From: an uncultured virus (IMG/VR IMGVR_UViG_3300010157_000035)
Taxonomy: Duplodnaviria; Heunggongvirae; Uroviricota; Caudoviricetes
DNA: 64,000 nucleotides
Reading direction: 5' to 3' (one strand)
IMG/VR virus record: IMGVR_UViG_3300010157_000035
Coordinates: 1 to 64,000 of that record
Below, piece by piece: positions 8,928 through 17,126 of the stretch. Position 1 is the stretch's first letter, and each line of letters begins with the position of its first letter. Under the pieces are notes generated by a model. It was given only the letters and a program-made list of their open reading frames with translations. It ran no database searches and was not told the origin of the DNA. Position numbers and translations under genes: made by a program.

Positions 8928-9149
8928 TTATTTCACTTTGGACATGTATCGAATCATATCAATTTTTCCTTCTTGCATTTCCAACAAGGCATCAACAGCA
9001 GTAACATACGCACCGGTTTCTCTGGCTCGGCGTTTGAGTTCACGCAGGCGTTGCGACACAGCAATGACCATGTCATAACGTGAGTCAGCTAAACCAACAC
9101 ATTTTTCAAGGTCAATTTGGGTGCCGCGACTGAGAGTAACTGGTTTCAT
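8928..9149 (-). CDS. rpoZ: RNA polymerase omega subunit-like protein
   Basis: SRYDMVIAVSQRLREL and ALLEMQEGKI resemble RpoZ conserved regions. Confidence 0.65.
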   Translation of the reverse strand: MKPVTLSRGTQIDLEKCVGLADSRYDMVIAVSQRLRELKRRARETGAYVTAVDALLEMQEGKIDMIRYMSKVK

Positions 9150-9172
9150 AATATCTCCTGTTGTAAAAGTGT

Positions 9173-9201
9173 ATTATATACGAAAAAACGTTGCTGGTCA
9201 A
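9173..9201 (-). promoter_or_regulatory. sigma70-type promoter
   Basis: TTGACC-17 nt-TATAAT. Confidence 0.8.
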
Positions 9202-9206
9202 GCCCC

Positions 9207-9214
9207 TATAAATA
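9207..9214 (+). promoter_or_regulatory. T4-type late promoter
   Basis: TATAAATA, ATG 4 nt downstream. Confidence 0.6.
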
Positions 9215-9218
9215 TTCA

Positions 9219-9917
9219 ATGACACCTCGACACTCTAATTCATCCTTGGCCAATCAAGAAATACTGTGGCACGGAACCGATTCGGAAGAGTTATACCAAA
9301 AAAATTTAGTTCGAAATCGAACACAATTGGATCAATACAATTGGATCAATCGACCAATCACATATAAATTTAACAGTCATGGATTTCGAGCAGATGAATT
9401 TGATTCAGCTGGCTCTGGTGTGATGTTCATTGGCTGTAGTCACACACTGGGTATGGGATTGCCTGTTGAGTCTACCTGGGCACATCGAGTCAGCACCGCG
9501 TTGAAACTCAAAAACTACAATCTTGGAGTAGGGGGTGCATCCAATGACACAGCTTTTCGTTTGGCACACCATTGGATAGAACAATTAAAACCGGACTTGG
9601 TAATTTTTTTATCTACAGAGAGAACCAGACTTGAACTACACATTGACGAAGACCAACTTTATGATCTCAGCTGTTGGCCAATTGGTTTTCCAATGGTAGA
9701 CTCTTTTGCAAGAAGTTGGCTCAGTAATGATACCAACAGCAGTATGAATTATTTAAAAAATACGCTGGCCATTAAACAACTGTGCAGTGATCGCGGCATC
9801 AAATACATTCAACAAGAAGCATCTGCTATCACAATGACAGATCGAGCCAGAGATTTACAACACTATGGTGAAATTACCAATCGTCACATTGCAGATATGT
9901 TTCTTTCAAAACTATAA
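9219..9917 (+). CDS. SGNH/GDSL-like protein
   Basis: IGCSHT, NLGVGGASN, DLQH; start refined. Confidence 0.6.
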   Translation: MTPRHSNSSLANQEILWHGTDSEELYQKNLVRNRTQLDQYNWINRPITYKFNSHGFRADEFDSAGSGVMFIGCSHTLGMGLPVESTWAHRVSTALKLKNYNLGVGGASNDTAFRLAHHWIEQLKPDLVIFLSTERTRLELHIDEDQLYDLSCWPIGFPMVDSFARSWLSNDTNSSMNYLKNTLAIKQLCSDRGIKYIQQEASAITMTDRARDLQHYGEITNRHIADMFLSKL

Positions 9918-9921
9918 TAAA

Positions 9922-10947
9922 ATGAAGTTTTTTTTAGACAATTTTTGTTTCTCGTTGGTTGAATCGACCTCAGACGTATATAAAAACTATCAACACATTG
10001 ACCAAATTTCCAATGCATGTGATTTGATTTCAATTACGTTTTACAACAGTAACTATTCAGCACATGCCAAGGTGATTGAGCAATTGTTAGATAAAACTCG
10101 ATTGCTGATAGTGATAGTTGATGAACCTACCGGAGATTTTTATCAGTTTGTTCAGGCACACAGTAGCTCTAAAATTATTATTTTTTCTCCTGTGATTGCA
10201 AATTTTTCTACTACCAATGTTGTTCCATTGATCAGTTGGTTTGGTCAATCCAACAATTACTACGCGACCGACGCTTGGGCAAAAAAGTTACAGTCACAAC
10301 TGCATATTGAATCAAATCGGCCGAAACGCTTTGATTGTTTACTGGGCACAAAAAAATCACACAGAGATCAAATTGAACAACTGTATAAATCCAGTGGCTG
10401 TCAAGATCATATTGTGTATAACTATTTCAAAGACCAAATTGGTCAAGGCATATGGTCACAGAATATCAATGGTGCTCAAGCAACTACACATCGAGTTCGC
10501 ATGGACACGCACGGAAATTTTGTTGCAATCAGCAACTTGTTACCGGTTGATATCTACAATCAAACTTTTTATAGTATAGTGGCTGAAACGGTATGCACTA
10601 ATTATTACAGTCAATTTACTGAAAAAACTGCCAAACCCATTGTAGCTGGTAGACCTTTTATAGTGTTCAGCGGCCAGTATTTTTTACGTAATTTGCGCAG
10701 CTTAGGCTTTCAAACTTTTAACTCAGTGATTGACGAAAATTATGATACTATTGATGATGAGACTGAACGTTTTGCCCAGGCATGGCAGCAAGTTGAACTC
10801 TTGTGTCGGTTGGATCCCGAGACAGTGATGCAAAAGTTGCAGTCGGTACTCACACACAATCAACAACATTTTTTATCAACTGACTGGATGCATCCTCTTA
10901 CTGAATACTTACGATCTGTCGAAACTGGAGCAACGGGCTGGATTTGA
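9922..10947 (+). CDS. glycosyltransferase-like protein (SIVAET/TEKT family)
   Basis: YSIVAET...FTEKTAKP...LRSLGF motif shared with 51128-53002 and 59945-60997. Confidence 0.5.
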   Translation: MKFFLDNFCFSLVESTSDVYKNYQHIDQISNACDLISITFYNSNYSAHAKVIEQLLDKTRLLIVIVDEPTGDFYQFVQAHSSSKIIIFSPVIANFSTTNVVPLISWFGQSNNYYATDAWAKKLQSQLHIESNRPKRFDCLLGTKKSHRDQIEQLYKSSGCQDHIVYNYFKDQIGQGIWSQNINGAQATTHRVRMDTHGNFVAISNLLPVDIYNQTFYSIVAETVCTNYYSQFTEKTAKPIVAGRPFIVFSGQYFLRNLRSLGFQTFNSVIDENYDTIDDETERFAQAWQQVELLCRLDPETVMQKLQSVLTHNQQHFLSTDWMHPLTEYLRSVETGATGWI

Positions 10948-11003
10948 ACCAGCGGTTTTACGGATTTGCAATCCGTTGCATTGGGCCACTCTGCCACCGT
11001 TGC
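10926..11003 (-). tRNA. tRNA-Cys(GCA)
   Basis: cloverleaf, loop TTGCAAA, U73, CCA. Confidence 0.9.
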
Positions 11004-11010
11004 ATAATAC

Positions 11011-11086
11011 TGGTAGGACCTGCCAGGTTCGAACTGACGACATTCTGCTTGTAAGGCAGACACTCTACCAACTGAGCTAAGGTCCT
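11011..11086 (-). tRNA. tRNA-Val(TAC)
   Basis: cloverleaf, loop CTTACAA, CCA. Confidence 0.9.
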
Positions 11087-11328
11087 ACGTTGATCTTTCG
11101 CTTGATCCACATGCCAAACAAGGTGCCACAGTAGGCACCGGCCAAGGCCGGAATCAAGGCCCAGTGATCAGCAGTATAATTGATCACTGCTACACTGGCA
11201 GTGAAAGTCACTGCCATACTCCACCAAGCGGCCATCAAGGGTCGGTTGTCCTGGATCGACTTGACAAAATACACATAAATCAAGTCAGTAGCAAATACTG
11301 CAAAGAATGTAACCGCATATTCTAACAT
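11077..11328 (-). CDS. small membrane protein
   Basis: three hydrophobic segments; AAGG SD. Confidence 0.7.
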   Translation of the reverse strand: MLEYAVTFFAVFATDLIYVYFVKSIQDNRPLMAAWWSMAVTFTASVAVINYTADHWALIPALAGAYCGTLFGMWIKRKINVGP

Positions 11329-11342
11329 AAATTACCTTGGGT

Positions 11343-11416
11343 TGGAGCGGAGTAGGAGAATCGAACTCCTGACTTGAACTTGGAAGGATCTCGTTTTACC
11401 ATTAAACTAACCCCGC
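11343..11416 (-). tRNA. tRNA-Gly(TCC)
   Basis: GCG acceptor start, U73, loop CTTCCAA; anticodon stem has mismatches. Confidence 0.85.
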
Positions 11417-11422
11417 ATATTG

Positions 11423-12088
11423 TCAAACCGATTGCTCGGCATATTTTTTCATCAATGCATAGACCGGTTTGGGGCCTTTTGAACTGTGAAAATGTAACAG
11501 TTTGTATTGATTGGCATACTCAGGATCATACCGAATTCCGTCAAATTGAGAATTTATAGGCACTTGTTTAAAAACAAAATCCGGTTGGCTGCATATCATT
11601 TTAGAATAAACCAATTGATCTCTATCCCATTCGGTATCATTGCCCCACTCTTTATATAATTCTAACCCGACAGCCCAAACAGCTGGATCCATAGTATGAG
11701 GAAAATAACGCAATCCGCAATTGTAAAATTGCTCTCTTATTTCGGTAAACATTGCGAAATTTTTATATTGATCAAAAAAATCAATCGATCCAAATGCCAT
11801 GATATCTAAGTCAACAAAAAGTATATTGCATGGTTGCTCGGACCATAATTGATAAGTTCTCATAAAAACATCCCTATGCATTTCTTGAGCATAGTCCACT
11901 TCGCCTTCAAACAATACCAATTCCCATTCGCCACCTATGTGTTTTTGCAATGTAGGAAGAGTTAAGTCGTGCATTTTTTTATATACACGATAATCTGTAG
12001 ATGTTATAGACGGTTGTCCACTGGGATAAATTTCTACTCCATTGTTGATTTTGTATAGAGATCTTACTATATAATTTTTAATTTTCAT
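11423..12088 (-). CDS. nucleotide-diphospho-sugar transferase-like protein
   Basis: NILFVDLD DxD motif, DQ and LLHFH motifs; paralog of 27486-28253. Confidence 0.55.
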   Translation of the reverse strand: MKIKNYIVRSLYKINNGVEIYPSGQPSITSTDYRVYKKMHDLTLPTLQKHIGGEWELVLFEGEVDYAQEMHRDVFMRTYQLWSEQPCNILFVDLDIMAFGSIDFFDQYKNFAMFTEIREQFYNCGLRYFPHTMDPAVWAVGLELYKEWGNDTEWDRDQLVYSKMICSQPDFVFKQVPINSQFDGIRYDPEYANQYKLLHFHSSKGPKPVYALMKKYAEQSV

Positions 12089-13055
12089 TTGATTGGCCTT
12101 GTGACAATTTATCAAGCACCGGGGCAACAGACATTATTGTGTCTGTAAACACCTGTGAGCTATTACTTATTCCAACAAATTGTATCTGTTTAGCAAGTGA
12201 GTTTTGTTTGTTACTAACAACATTGCCCAATGGATAATTTCCATGAAAGTTGTTGGGGTATTTGCCCAGCCAATTTATAAATTCTGAACTTTGATATATA
12301 GTTTCCTTGCCGTTGTTATTGTCGATTTGAATACCTCCTGAATACATAGTTGGTGGACGAATGTCTATTTGCCCAGGATCGTCATGATCGGCAAACCCTG
12401 TGATAAAATCTTTTCCTAATAGATCTTTTTTGATCCAAACATCATATCCAGATAACCGTAAATATTCAAACATGGCATCGTCGATGATGACATCAACATC
12501 ATCATGATACACAGTGACATCATCATATTTCGAGGCATTAAAAATAAGTTCAGTGGTATGCCATCCTGGCTTACGAAATTTATCTTTATGCGGTGTATGC
12601 ACATACAGTTCCAAACGATGTATATTTTGATTAATTAGGTCTACTGTATAATTGAATTGTTCAACTTCATAAGGCACCCAGTCAAATGTAGGTTCTTGGT
12701 CCCGCACCCAGCGATTTCGCGTATCAGCTGCAGCGACACAGTAACGATGAAGTCTGTTCAGTATTTTTTGTGTATCCAAATTTAAAAGTGCAAGTTCATT
12801 TTTGGATACTGTTTCAGGAAACGGACTTATATAAGTTAAACTGTTAGCCAGCTCTATTGATTTCATTAGATTTTCAATACAGTCAGTAGACTTGATACTG
12901 TCTGTAACAAATGGCCACGACACAGATCTACCAGTTAGATGATATTTGTTAACTATCTTTAAGAAATGTTCTAGCCATTGATTAACAAATAAATTGTCTA
13001 GTAATTCTATTGCAAATGGGCCTAACTCGGATTGGAAATTAAGTATTTTTGGCAT
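12078..13055 (-). CDS. hypothetical protein
   Basis: 325-aa ORF after TAAATA. Confidence 0.7.
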   Translation of the reverse strand: MPKILNFQSELGPFAIELLDNLFVNQWLEHFLKIVNKYHLTGRSVSWPFVTDSIKSTDCIENLMKSIELANSLTYISPFPETVSKNELALLNLDTQKILNRLHRYCVAAADTRNRWVRDQEPTFDWVPYEVEQFNYTVDLINQNIHRLELYVHTPHKDKFRKPGWHTTELIFNASKYDDVTVYHDDVDVIIDDAMFEYLRLSGYDVWIKKDLLGKDFITGFADHDDPGQIDIRPPTMYSGGIQIDNNNGKETIYQSSEFINWLGKYPNNFHGNYPLGNVVSNKQNSLAKQIQFVGISNSSQVFTDTIMSVAPVLDKLSQGQSNEN

Positions 13056-13086
13056 ATTATGTATTTACGTTAAAGTACCATTGTAT

Positions 13087-13170
13087 TGGTGCGACTGGCT
13101 GGACTCGAACCAGCATGTCTTTTGACGGCAGATTTTAAGTCTGCTGAGTATACCATTTCTCCACAATCGC
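13087..13170 (-). tRNA. tRNA-Leu(TAA)
   Basis: variable arm, loop CTTAAAA, CCA. Confidence 0.9.
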
Positions 13171-13177
13171 GACTGAC

Positions 13178-13253
13178 TGGTACTCGGTGGGGGAATCGAA
13201 CCCCTCCTTCCTGCCGTGAAAGGGCAGTGTCCTAGCCGATAGACGAACCGAGC
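13178..13253 (-). tRNA. tRNA-Glu(TTC)
   Basis: loop CTTTCAC, CCA. Confidence 0.9.
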
Positions 13254-13258
13254 ATGTT

Positions 13259-13344
13259 TGGTGGAGACGGCTGGAGTCGAACCAACAGTGCCTGAAGGCG
13301 GCGGATTTACAGTCCACTGGGGTTACCAATTTTCCTACATCTCC
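13259..13344 (-). tRNA. tRNA-Tyr(GTA)
   Basis: variable arm, loop CTGTAAA, CCA. Confidence 0.9.
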
Positions 13345-13348
13345 AAAA

Positions 13349-13750
13349 CATATAAGAACACACTCACGTTTCTGATGTCTCTGTTGGCTATGGGCCAACC
13401 GAATGTGTTCATATATGCTCTGCGTCCCCCGGCGGTAATTATAGTGTATCAGAAATTTCGTCAAGTTGCCCTAACTAGTCTGTTCGTCACTTACACCTTC
13501 CACCCGCTTCCCGACAGGGACCGTTCTCGCATTGCTAGCGCCGGTTAGGTTGGACCGCACATACATCCATGTTCTATCATGGCTTCTGTGTGAAACTTTT
13601 CGTTTCAGAACCACCCGTGGTTGTCATACCACTTCTCATCGTCTGGGTCAGACTAGCCAATGACAGTTGGCACGTTAGGTGGGCTGGCCCCATAACGGGA
13701 TACCACTTAACCTGAACTGTCTTATGCATTTATGTTCAGGCACCCTAACT
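13349..13750 (-). ncRNA. candidate large structured non-coding RNA within the tRNA array
   Basis: no credible ORF; ten or more short hairpins readable by eye; family not recognised. Confidence 0.55.
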
Positions 13751-13825
13751 TGGCGGCTTCAAGGAGAATCGAACTCCTATTAGTGGCGTGACAAGCCACC
13801 GTACTAACCATTATACTATGAAGCC
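13751..13825 (-). tRNA. tRNA-Asp(GTC)
   Basis: loop TTGTCAC, G73, CCA. Confidence 0.9.
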
Positions 13826-13832
13826 AAACTCT

Positions 13833-13909
13833 TGGTCGGAGTACGAGGGATCGAACCTCGGACCTCCTGGTCCCAAACCAGGCGCACTACCAGGCTGTGC
13901 TACACTCCG
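13833..13909 (-). tRNA. tRNA-Pro(TGG)
   Basis: CGG start, loop TTTGGGA, CCA. Confidence 0.9.
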
Positions 13910-13911
13910 AC

Positions 13912-14115
13912 TTATTTCTTATCCAACTTGGGTTCTTCGTAAACCACTTCTTTTTCTTCTTTTTGCACATAAGCTGGAAAAAAATTCCAACCAAAACTTT
14001 TCCAATATTTGTGAATGATATTATTAATAACAACTGCCGCTATTACAATAATAATAAATCCCAGTGCTGTTAAAATACTACCTGCTAAAAATACTGCCGC
14101 TTGATCAATGTCCAT
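13912..14115 (-). CDS. small membrane protein
   Basis: long hydrophobic N-terminal segment; AAGG SD. Confidence 0.65.
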   Translation of the reverse strand: MDIDQAAVFLAGSILTALGFIIIVIAAVVINNIIHKYWKSFGWNFFPAYVQKEEKEVVYEEPKLDKK

Positions 14116-14129
14116 GTTTACCTTTCGAT

Positions 14130-14203
14130 TGGTTGCGGATGATGGAATCGAACCACCAACTGGAGCTTATGAGACTCCCGAGATACCGTTTCTCTAATCC
14201 GCG
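14130..14203 (-). tRNA. tRNA-Met(CAT), initiator-like
   Basis: C1:A72 mismatch, loop CTCATAA. Confidence 0.85.
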
Positions 14204-14214
14204 ATTGAATTTGT

Positions 14215-14243
14215 ATTTTACACTAACTCCTATATCTTGTCAA
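14215..14243 (-). promoter_or_regulatory. sigma70-type promoter for tRNA array
   Basis: TTGACA-17 nt-TAAAAT. Confidence 0.75.
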
Positions 14244-14251
14244 ACTATTTT

Positions 14252-14325
14252 TGGCATACCCCCAGAGACTCGAACTCCGACGAACGGTTTTGGAGACCGC
14301 TATGCTGCCATTACATCAGGGATAC
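14252..14325 (-). tRNA. tRNA-Trp(CCA)
   Basis: loop CTCCAAA, G73, CCA. Confidence 0.9.
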
Positions 14326-14330
14326 AAAAA

Positions 14331-14936
14331 CTACATCGTAGGACCATTTCCGTTCCTAAAACCTACTGCACCACCTTCTGCTTCAATTCGCTTGATCACG
14401 TCTTCAAACAAGATGGGTGCAAAATCAGTTTGCTCTACACAGACACAATGATAACGAACGTCGTTCTCATCACTGTATAAAACTTCTCCGGTTCTAGCAT
14501 CAACACCACGAGCCCGCTTGACACGGTTGGCATGCAAGTGTCCGTGAATGTTAACACCAAAACGACCAAGACTTTCTGCGTGAACAGGAATATGACTCAA
14601 GATCATACCATTCATCACATGGTATGCACGAAGTTCACGAAAATGTTCACGATAGTCGGCATCTTTGAAGATGTCATGATTACCACGGATCAACACCTTA
14701 TCACCGTTCAATCTATGCATAATACCCAAGGCCTTACGATTGATCACAACGTCACCCAAATGGTAGACCTTGTCTGTGGGCTTAACACGTTCGTTCCAGG
14801 CCTTGACCATGGCTTCGTCCATTTCTTCAGGACTATCCCACGGCCTTAACTTTGTAACACCGTCATTACGGGTGAAGCGGCAGACGCCGGTATGTCCGAA
14901 ATGCGTGTCGCTTACTAAAAATACACTAGGCATCAT
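14331..14936 (-). CDS. calcineurin-like metallophosphoesterase
   Basis: SDTHFGH, LGD, GNHD, HGHLH motifs. Confidence 0.9.
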   Translation of the reverse strand: MMPSVFLVSDTHFGHTGVCRFTRNDGVTKLRPWDSPEEMDEAMVKAWNERVKPTDKVYHLGDVVINRKALGIMHRLNGDKVLIRGNHDIFKDADYREHFRELRAYHVMNGMILSHIPVHAESLGRFGVNIHGHLHANRVKRARGVDARTGEVLYSDENDVRYHCVCVEQTDFAPILFEDVIKRIEAEGGAVGFRNGNGPTM

Positions 14937-14963
14937 GCCCTCCTTTCTTCTAACTGTTACTCT

Positions 14964-14992
14964 ATTATAGCCGAATAGCTATTTTGGGTCAA
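14964..14992 (-). promoter_or_regulatory. sigma70-type promoter
   Basis: TTGACC-17 nt-TATAAT. Confidence 0.8.
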
Positions 14993-15023
14993 CCAAATTG
15001 TTTGTAATACTTTTGTATTACCA

Positions 15024-15329
15024 TCAAGCAGTTAGCCAATATTCGTTTTTTTCCAGCACCAAACTTTCTGCTCCGTCGTGTTCATCAATACGGAAACGAT
15101 CTCCGGTTGAGACCCAATTGACCTCTAAGTCTTCTAATCCTCCGCAATAAACATCTGGATGCTTTAATTCCATATAGGTAAGAACTTTATCAAACGCTTG
15201 TTGTTCGACCCATTCCGCAATACTGGGATCGTAAAGCAATTCCTCATTACCGTGCCAGCTGTACCAACCAGCCCCATAACCGGGTGATACCAACACAGCC
15301 ACCTTGCCATCACGAATTAGTTTGTTCAT
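15024..15329 (-). CDS. hypothetical phage protein
   Basis: VAVLVSPGYGAGW and FRIDEHDGAE motifs; 101 aa. Confidence 0.75.
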   Translation of the reverse strand: MNKLIRDGKVAVLVSPGYGAGWYSWHGNEELLYDPSIAEWVEQQAFDKVLTYMELKHPDVYCGGLEDLEVNWVSTGDRFRIDEHDGAESLVLEKNEYWLTA

Positions 15330-15468
15330 TGTTCTTTACTTTTTTTACTGCTTCCATTTGAGCTATCATTGCGTCAACTTGCACACGGGCACGTTCGAGC
15401 TTGCGTTCAATTAAGGCCACACGCTCTTCGGGTGCTAAAAAAATTTTATCTTGTATTTTATTTTCCAT
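15310..15468 (-). CDS. small coiled-coil protein (52 aa)
   Basis: MENKIQDK...; first ORF after the attenuator terminator, GGAAGA SD. Confidence 0.55.
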   Translation of the reverse strand: MENKIQDKIFLAPEERVALIERKLERARVQVDAMIAQMEAVKKVKNNEQTNS

Positions 15469-15482
15469 ATTTTTCTTCCAAT

Positions 15483-15513
15483 AAAAAACCCCGGAATGTT
15501 CAGTTTCGGGGTT
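15483..15513 (-). terminator. intrinsic terminator (attenuator)
   Basis: AACCCCGAAA-CTGAACA-TTCCGGGGTT followed by a T run. Confidence 0.85.
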
Positions 15514-15538
15514 GTTGAATAAAAGTTAAAACTTACTG

Positions 15539-15643
15539 CTATTCAAAACCCACTCTACGATCTTCACAGCCATAGACCCATAAATCGGCTTGTCCAATTA
15601 CTGGGTTATTTCCTAAAGAAGGATGTAATTTATTAGTTTTCAT
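15539..15643 (-). CDS. putative attenuator leader peptide MKTNKLHPSLGNNPVIGQADLWVYGCEDRRVGFE
   Basis: ATG at predicted +1; 3' end complementary to the terminator 5' arm region. Confidence 0.65.
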   Translation of the reverse strand: MKTNKLHPSLGNNPVIGQADLWVYGCEDRRVGFE

Positions 15644-15649
15644 AGTAGT

Positions 15650-15678
15650 ATTATACATGGTTATTTATGATTTGTCAA
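15650..15678 (-). promoter_or_regulatory. consensus sigma70 promoter
   Basis: TTGACA-17 nt-TATAAT. Confidence 0.9.
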
Positions 15679-16418
15679 CTGGCATATTGCCAATTGCGTA
15701 TCTTGTCGGCATAGATTTCTGCCAAATATTCCTGACCAGCCGGACTACCGTGGTATCCAGGGTCTGTGCTTTCAAACGGCCAATTGGTTATTGCATAATT
15801 AGGTGTTTCTTGGTAGTCAAGGGTCAAGTATCGATCGTCTACTACTTTAGGTATAGCTTGGCGTATATTTCCGGTATTCCAAAGTTCGCCGGCGATAATC
15901 AAAAATGGTATACCAGAATAGAACAACTGCATAATGCCATCGCGCATGATCCATTCATCTTGCTGTCGCTTCCAATTGACATCGTATATGTGGTTAATGT
16001 ATTGTCGAATCGCCTCCTGTGTATTTTTATCTAGTTCACCTGTGCGATATGGATTGTTATAATTCCCAACCAACGTAGTTATATTTTCACAAATCATGCG
16101 ATATGGATTTGTGCCATAGTTAACATTATCAATACCGGCTGTTTTATCGTAGCCACAGTCAGTGGCAGCAGGAATCTCTATACGATCACAAAATGTTGGT
16201 GCCACAATGACAAAATCAGGCTGTTGGCGTAGTGCTTCATCTATTTGTATACGGATACCACCGTTACTGCATCCTTGCCGTGCCAGTATCTCTACGTCCC
16301 AACCCAACCGCTTGGCTGTTTGATGGCCATAGCCTGTTCCTGGCCTGTCAATGCTATCAGCACTCAAACTACATCCGCATACTATTAATTTTGCCATTCT
16401 GCTAACTCCGTTGATCAT
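15675..16418 (-). CDS. SGNH/GDSL-like protein
   Basis: IVCGCS, ARQGCSN, DPGYH. Confidence 0.6.
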   Translation of the reverse strand: MINGVSRMAKLIVCGCSLSADSIDRPGTGYGHQTAKRLGWDVEILARQGCSNGGIRIQIDEALRQQPDFVIVAPTFCDRIEIPAATDCGYDKTAGIDNVNYGTNPYRMICENITTLVGNYNNPYRTGELDKNTQEAIRQYINHIYDVNWKRQQDEWIMRDGIMQLFYSGIPFLIIAGELWNTGNIRQAIPKVVDDRYLTLDYQETPNYAITNWPFESTDPGYHGSPAGQEYLAEIYADKIRNWQYAS

Positions 16419-16419
16419 T

Positions 16420-16444
16420 AAAAAAGGCTCCGAAGAGCCTTTTG
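16420..16444. terminator. bidirectional intrinsic terminator
   Basis: AAAAAAGGCTC-CGAA-GAGCCTTTTT. Confidence 0.85.
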
Positions 16445-16459
16445 TTAGATTTTTAAATT

Positions 16460-17008
16460 TTAGAAACCGCGTGTGTAATTAACGGTCCAGATCTTTTGAT
16501 CGTTATCGCCATTGACACGATCATATCTTACAGCAACAGTATCAACTTTAGTCACTGCATAAGCCAATGTATAGCGCATGGTGTGTGTTTGGTCGTTGTT
16601 GCCGCTGTCAACAGCAGTACGAGTGCGCCAACCCACTTTGGCTGTCACCGGACCAAATGGAACACTAACTCCAGGCTCGATTGAGTAGTATGTAAAGTTG
16701 GCAGTATTGCTATACTTTTGTCCCAATGCAACACGAGTGTAGCCGTTTACAATACCATACAACGGTGCAGTAACAGTGCCACCTGTTTCGATGCGTGTGC
16801 TCAAGGCATTGGTGTTGTCGGTTACAGCATTACTGATAAGCACGTCACCGGCAAAGTTTTGATTGATTTCTTTCTTAACACCTAACAGATATACCTGTTG
16901 TGCGTTTCCAGTAACGTTGTTGATGTGTTGACTTTCTAGGGTCACGCTGTCGCCAGCAACGGCCAAACCTGATACAGCCAAAGACAAGATTGCGAAGATT
17001 TTCTTCAT
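16460..17008 (-). CDS. outer-membrane beta-barrel protein
   Basis: signal peptide, alternating amphipathic strands, C-terminal YTRGF. Confidence 0.7.
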   Translation of the reverse strand: MKKIFAILSLAVSGLAVAGDSVTLESQHINNVTGNAQQVYLLGVKKEINQNFAGDVLISNAVTDNTNALSTRIETGGTVTAPLYGIVNGYTRVALGQKYSNTANFTYYSIEPGVSVPFGPVTAKVGWRTRTAVDSGNNDQTHTMRYTLAYAVTKVDTVAVRYDRVNGDNDQKIWTVNYTRGF

Positions 17009-17101
17009 TTAGTTTTTCCTTATAAGAATGTGGACGTGTGCCCAACATATTATTTAGTGGTTTTACTGATACACAGTAATTTTTATCCACTCAAACAGTC
17101 G

Positions 17102-17126
17102 AAAAGAGACCCGCCGAAGCGGGTTC
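17102..17126 (-). terminator. intrinsic terminator after tmRNA
   Basis: ACCCGC-TTCG-GCGGGT then CTCTTTT. Confidence 0.8.

Noticed and set aside
13349..13750. RNase P RNA, group I intron or hammerhead ribozyme
   Set aside because: No GAGGAAAGTCC-type RNase P core, recognisable group I P7 elements, or CTGANGA...GAAA core in the right arrangement.
13135..14480. ORFs 13135-13464, 13258-13548, 13788-14018, 14064-14480 and 14251-14451
   Set aside because: They overlap tRNA genes or the structured RNA and have no protein-like features.
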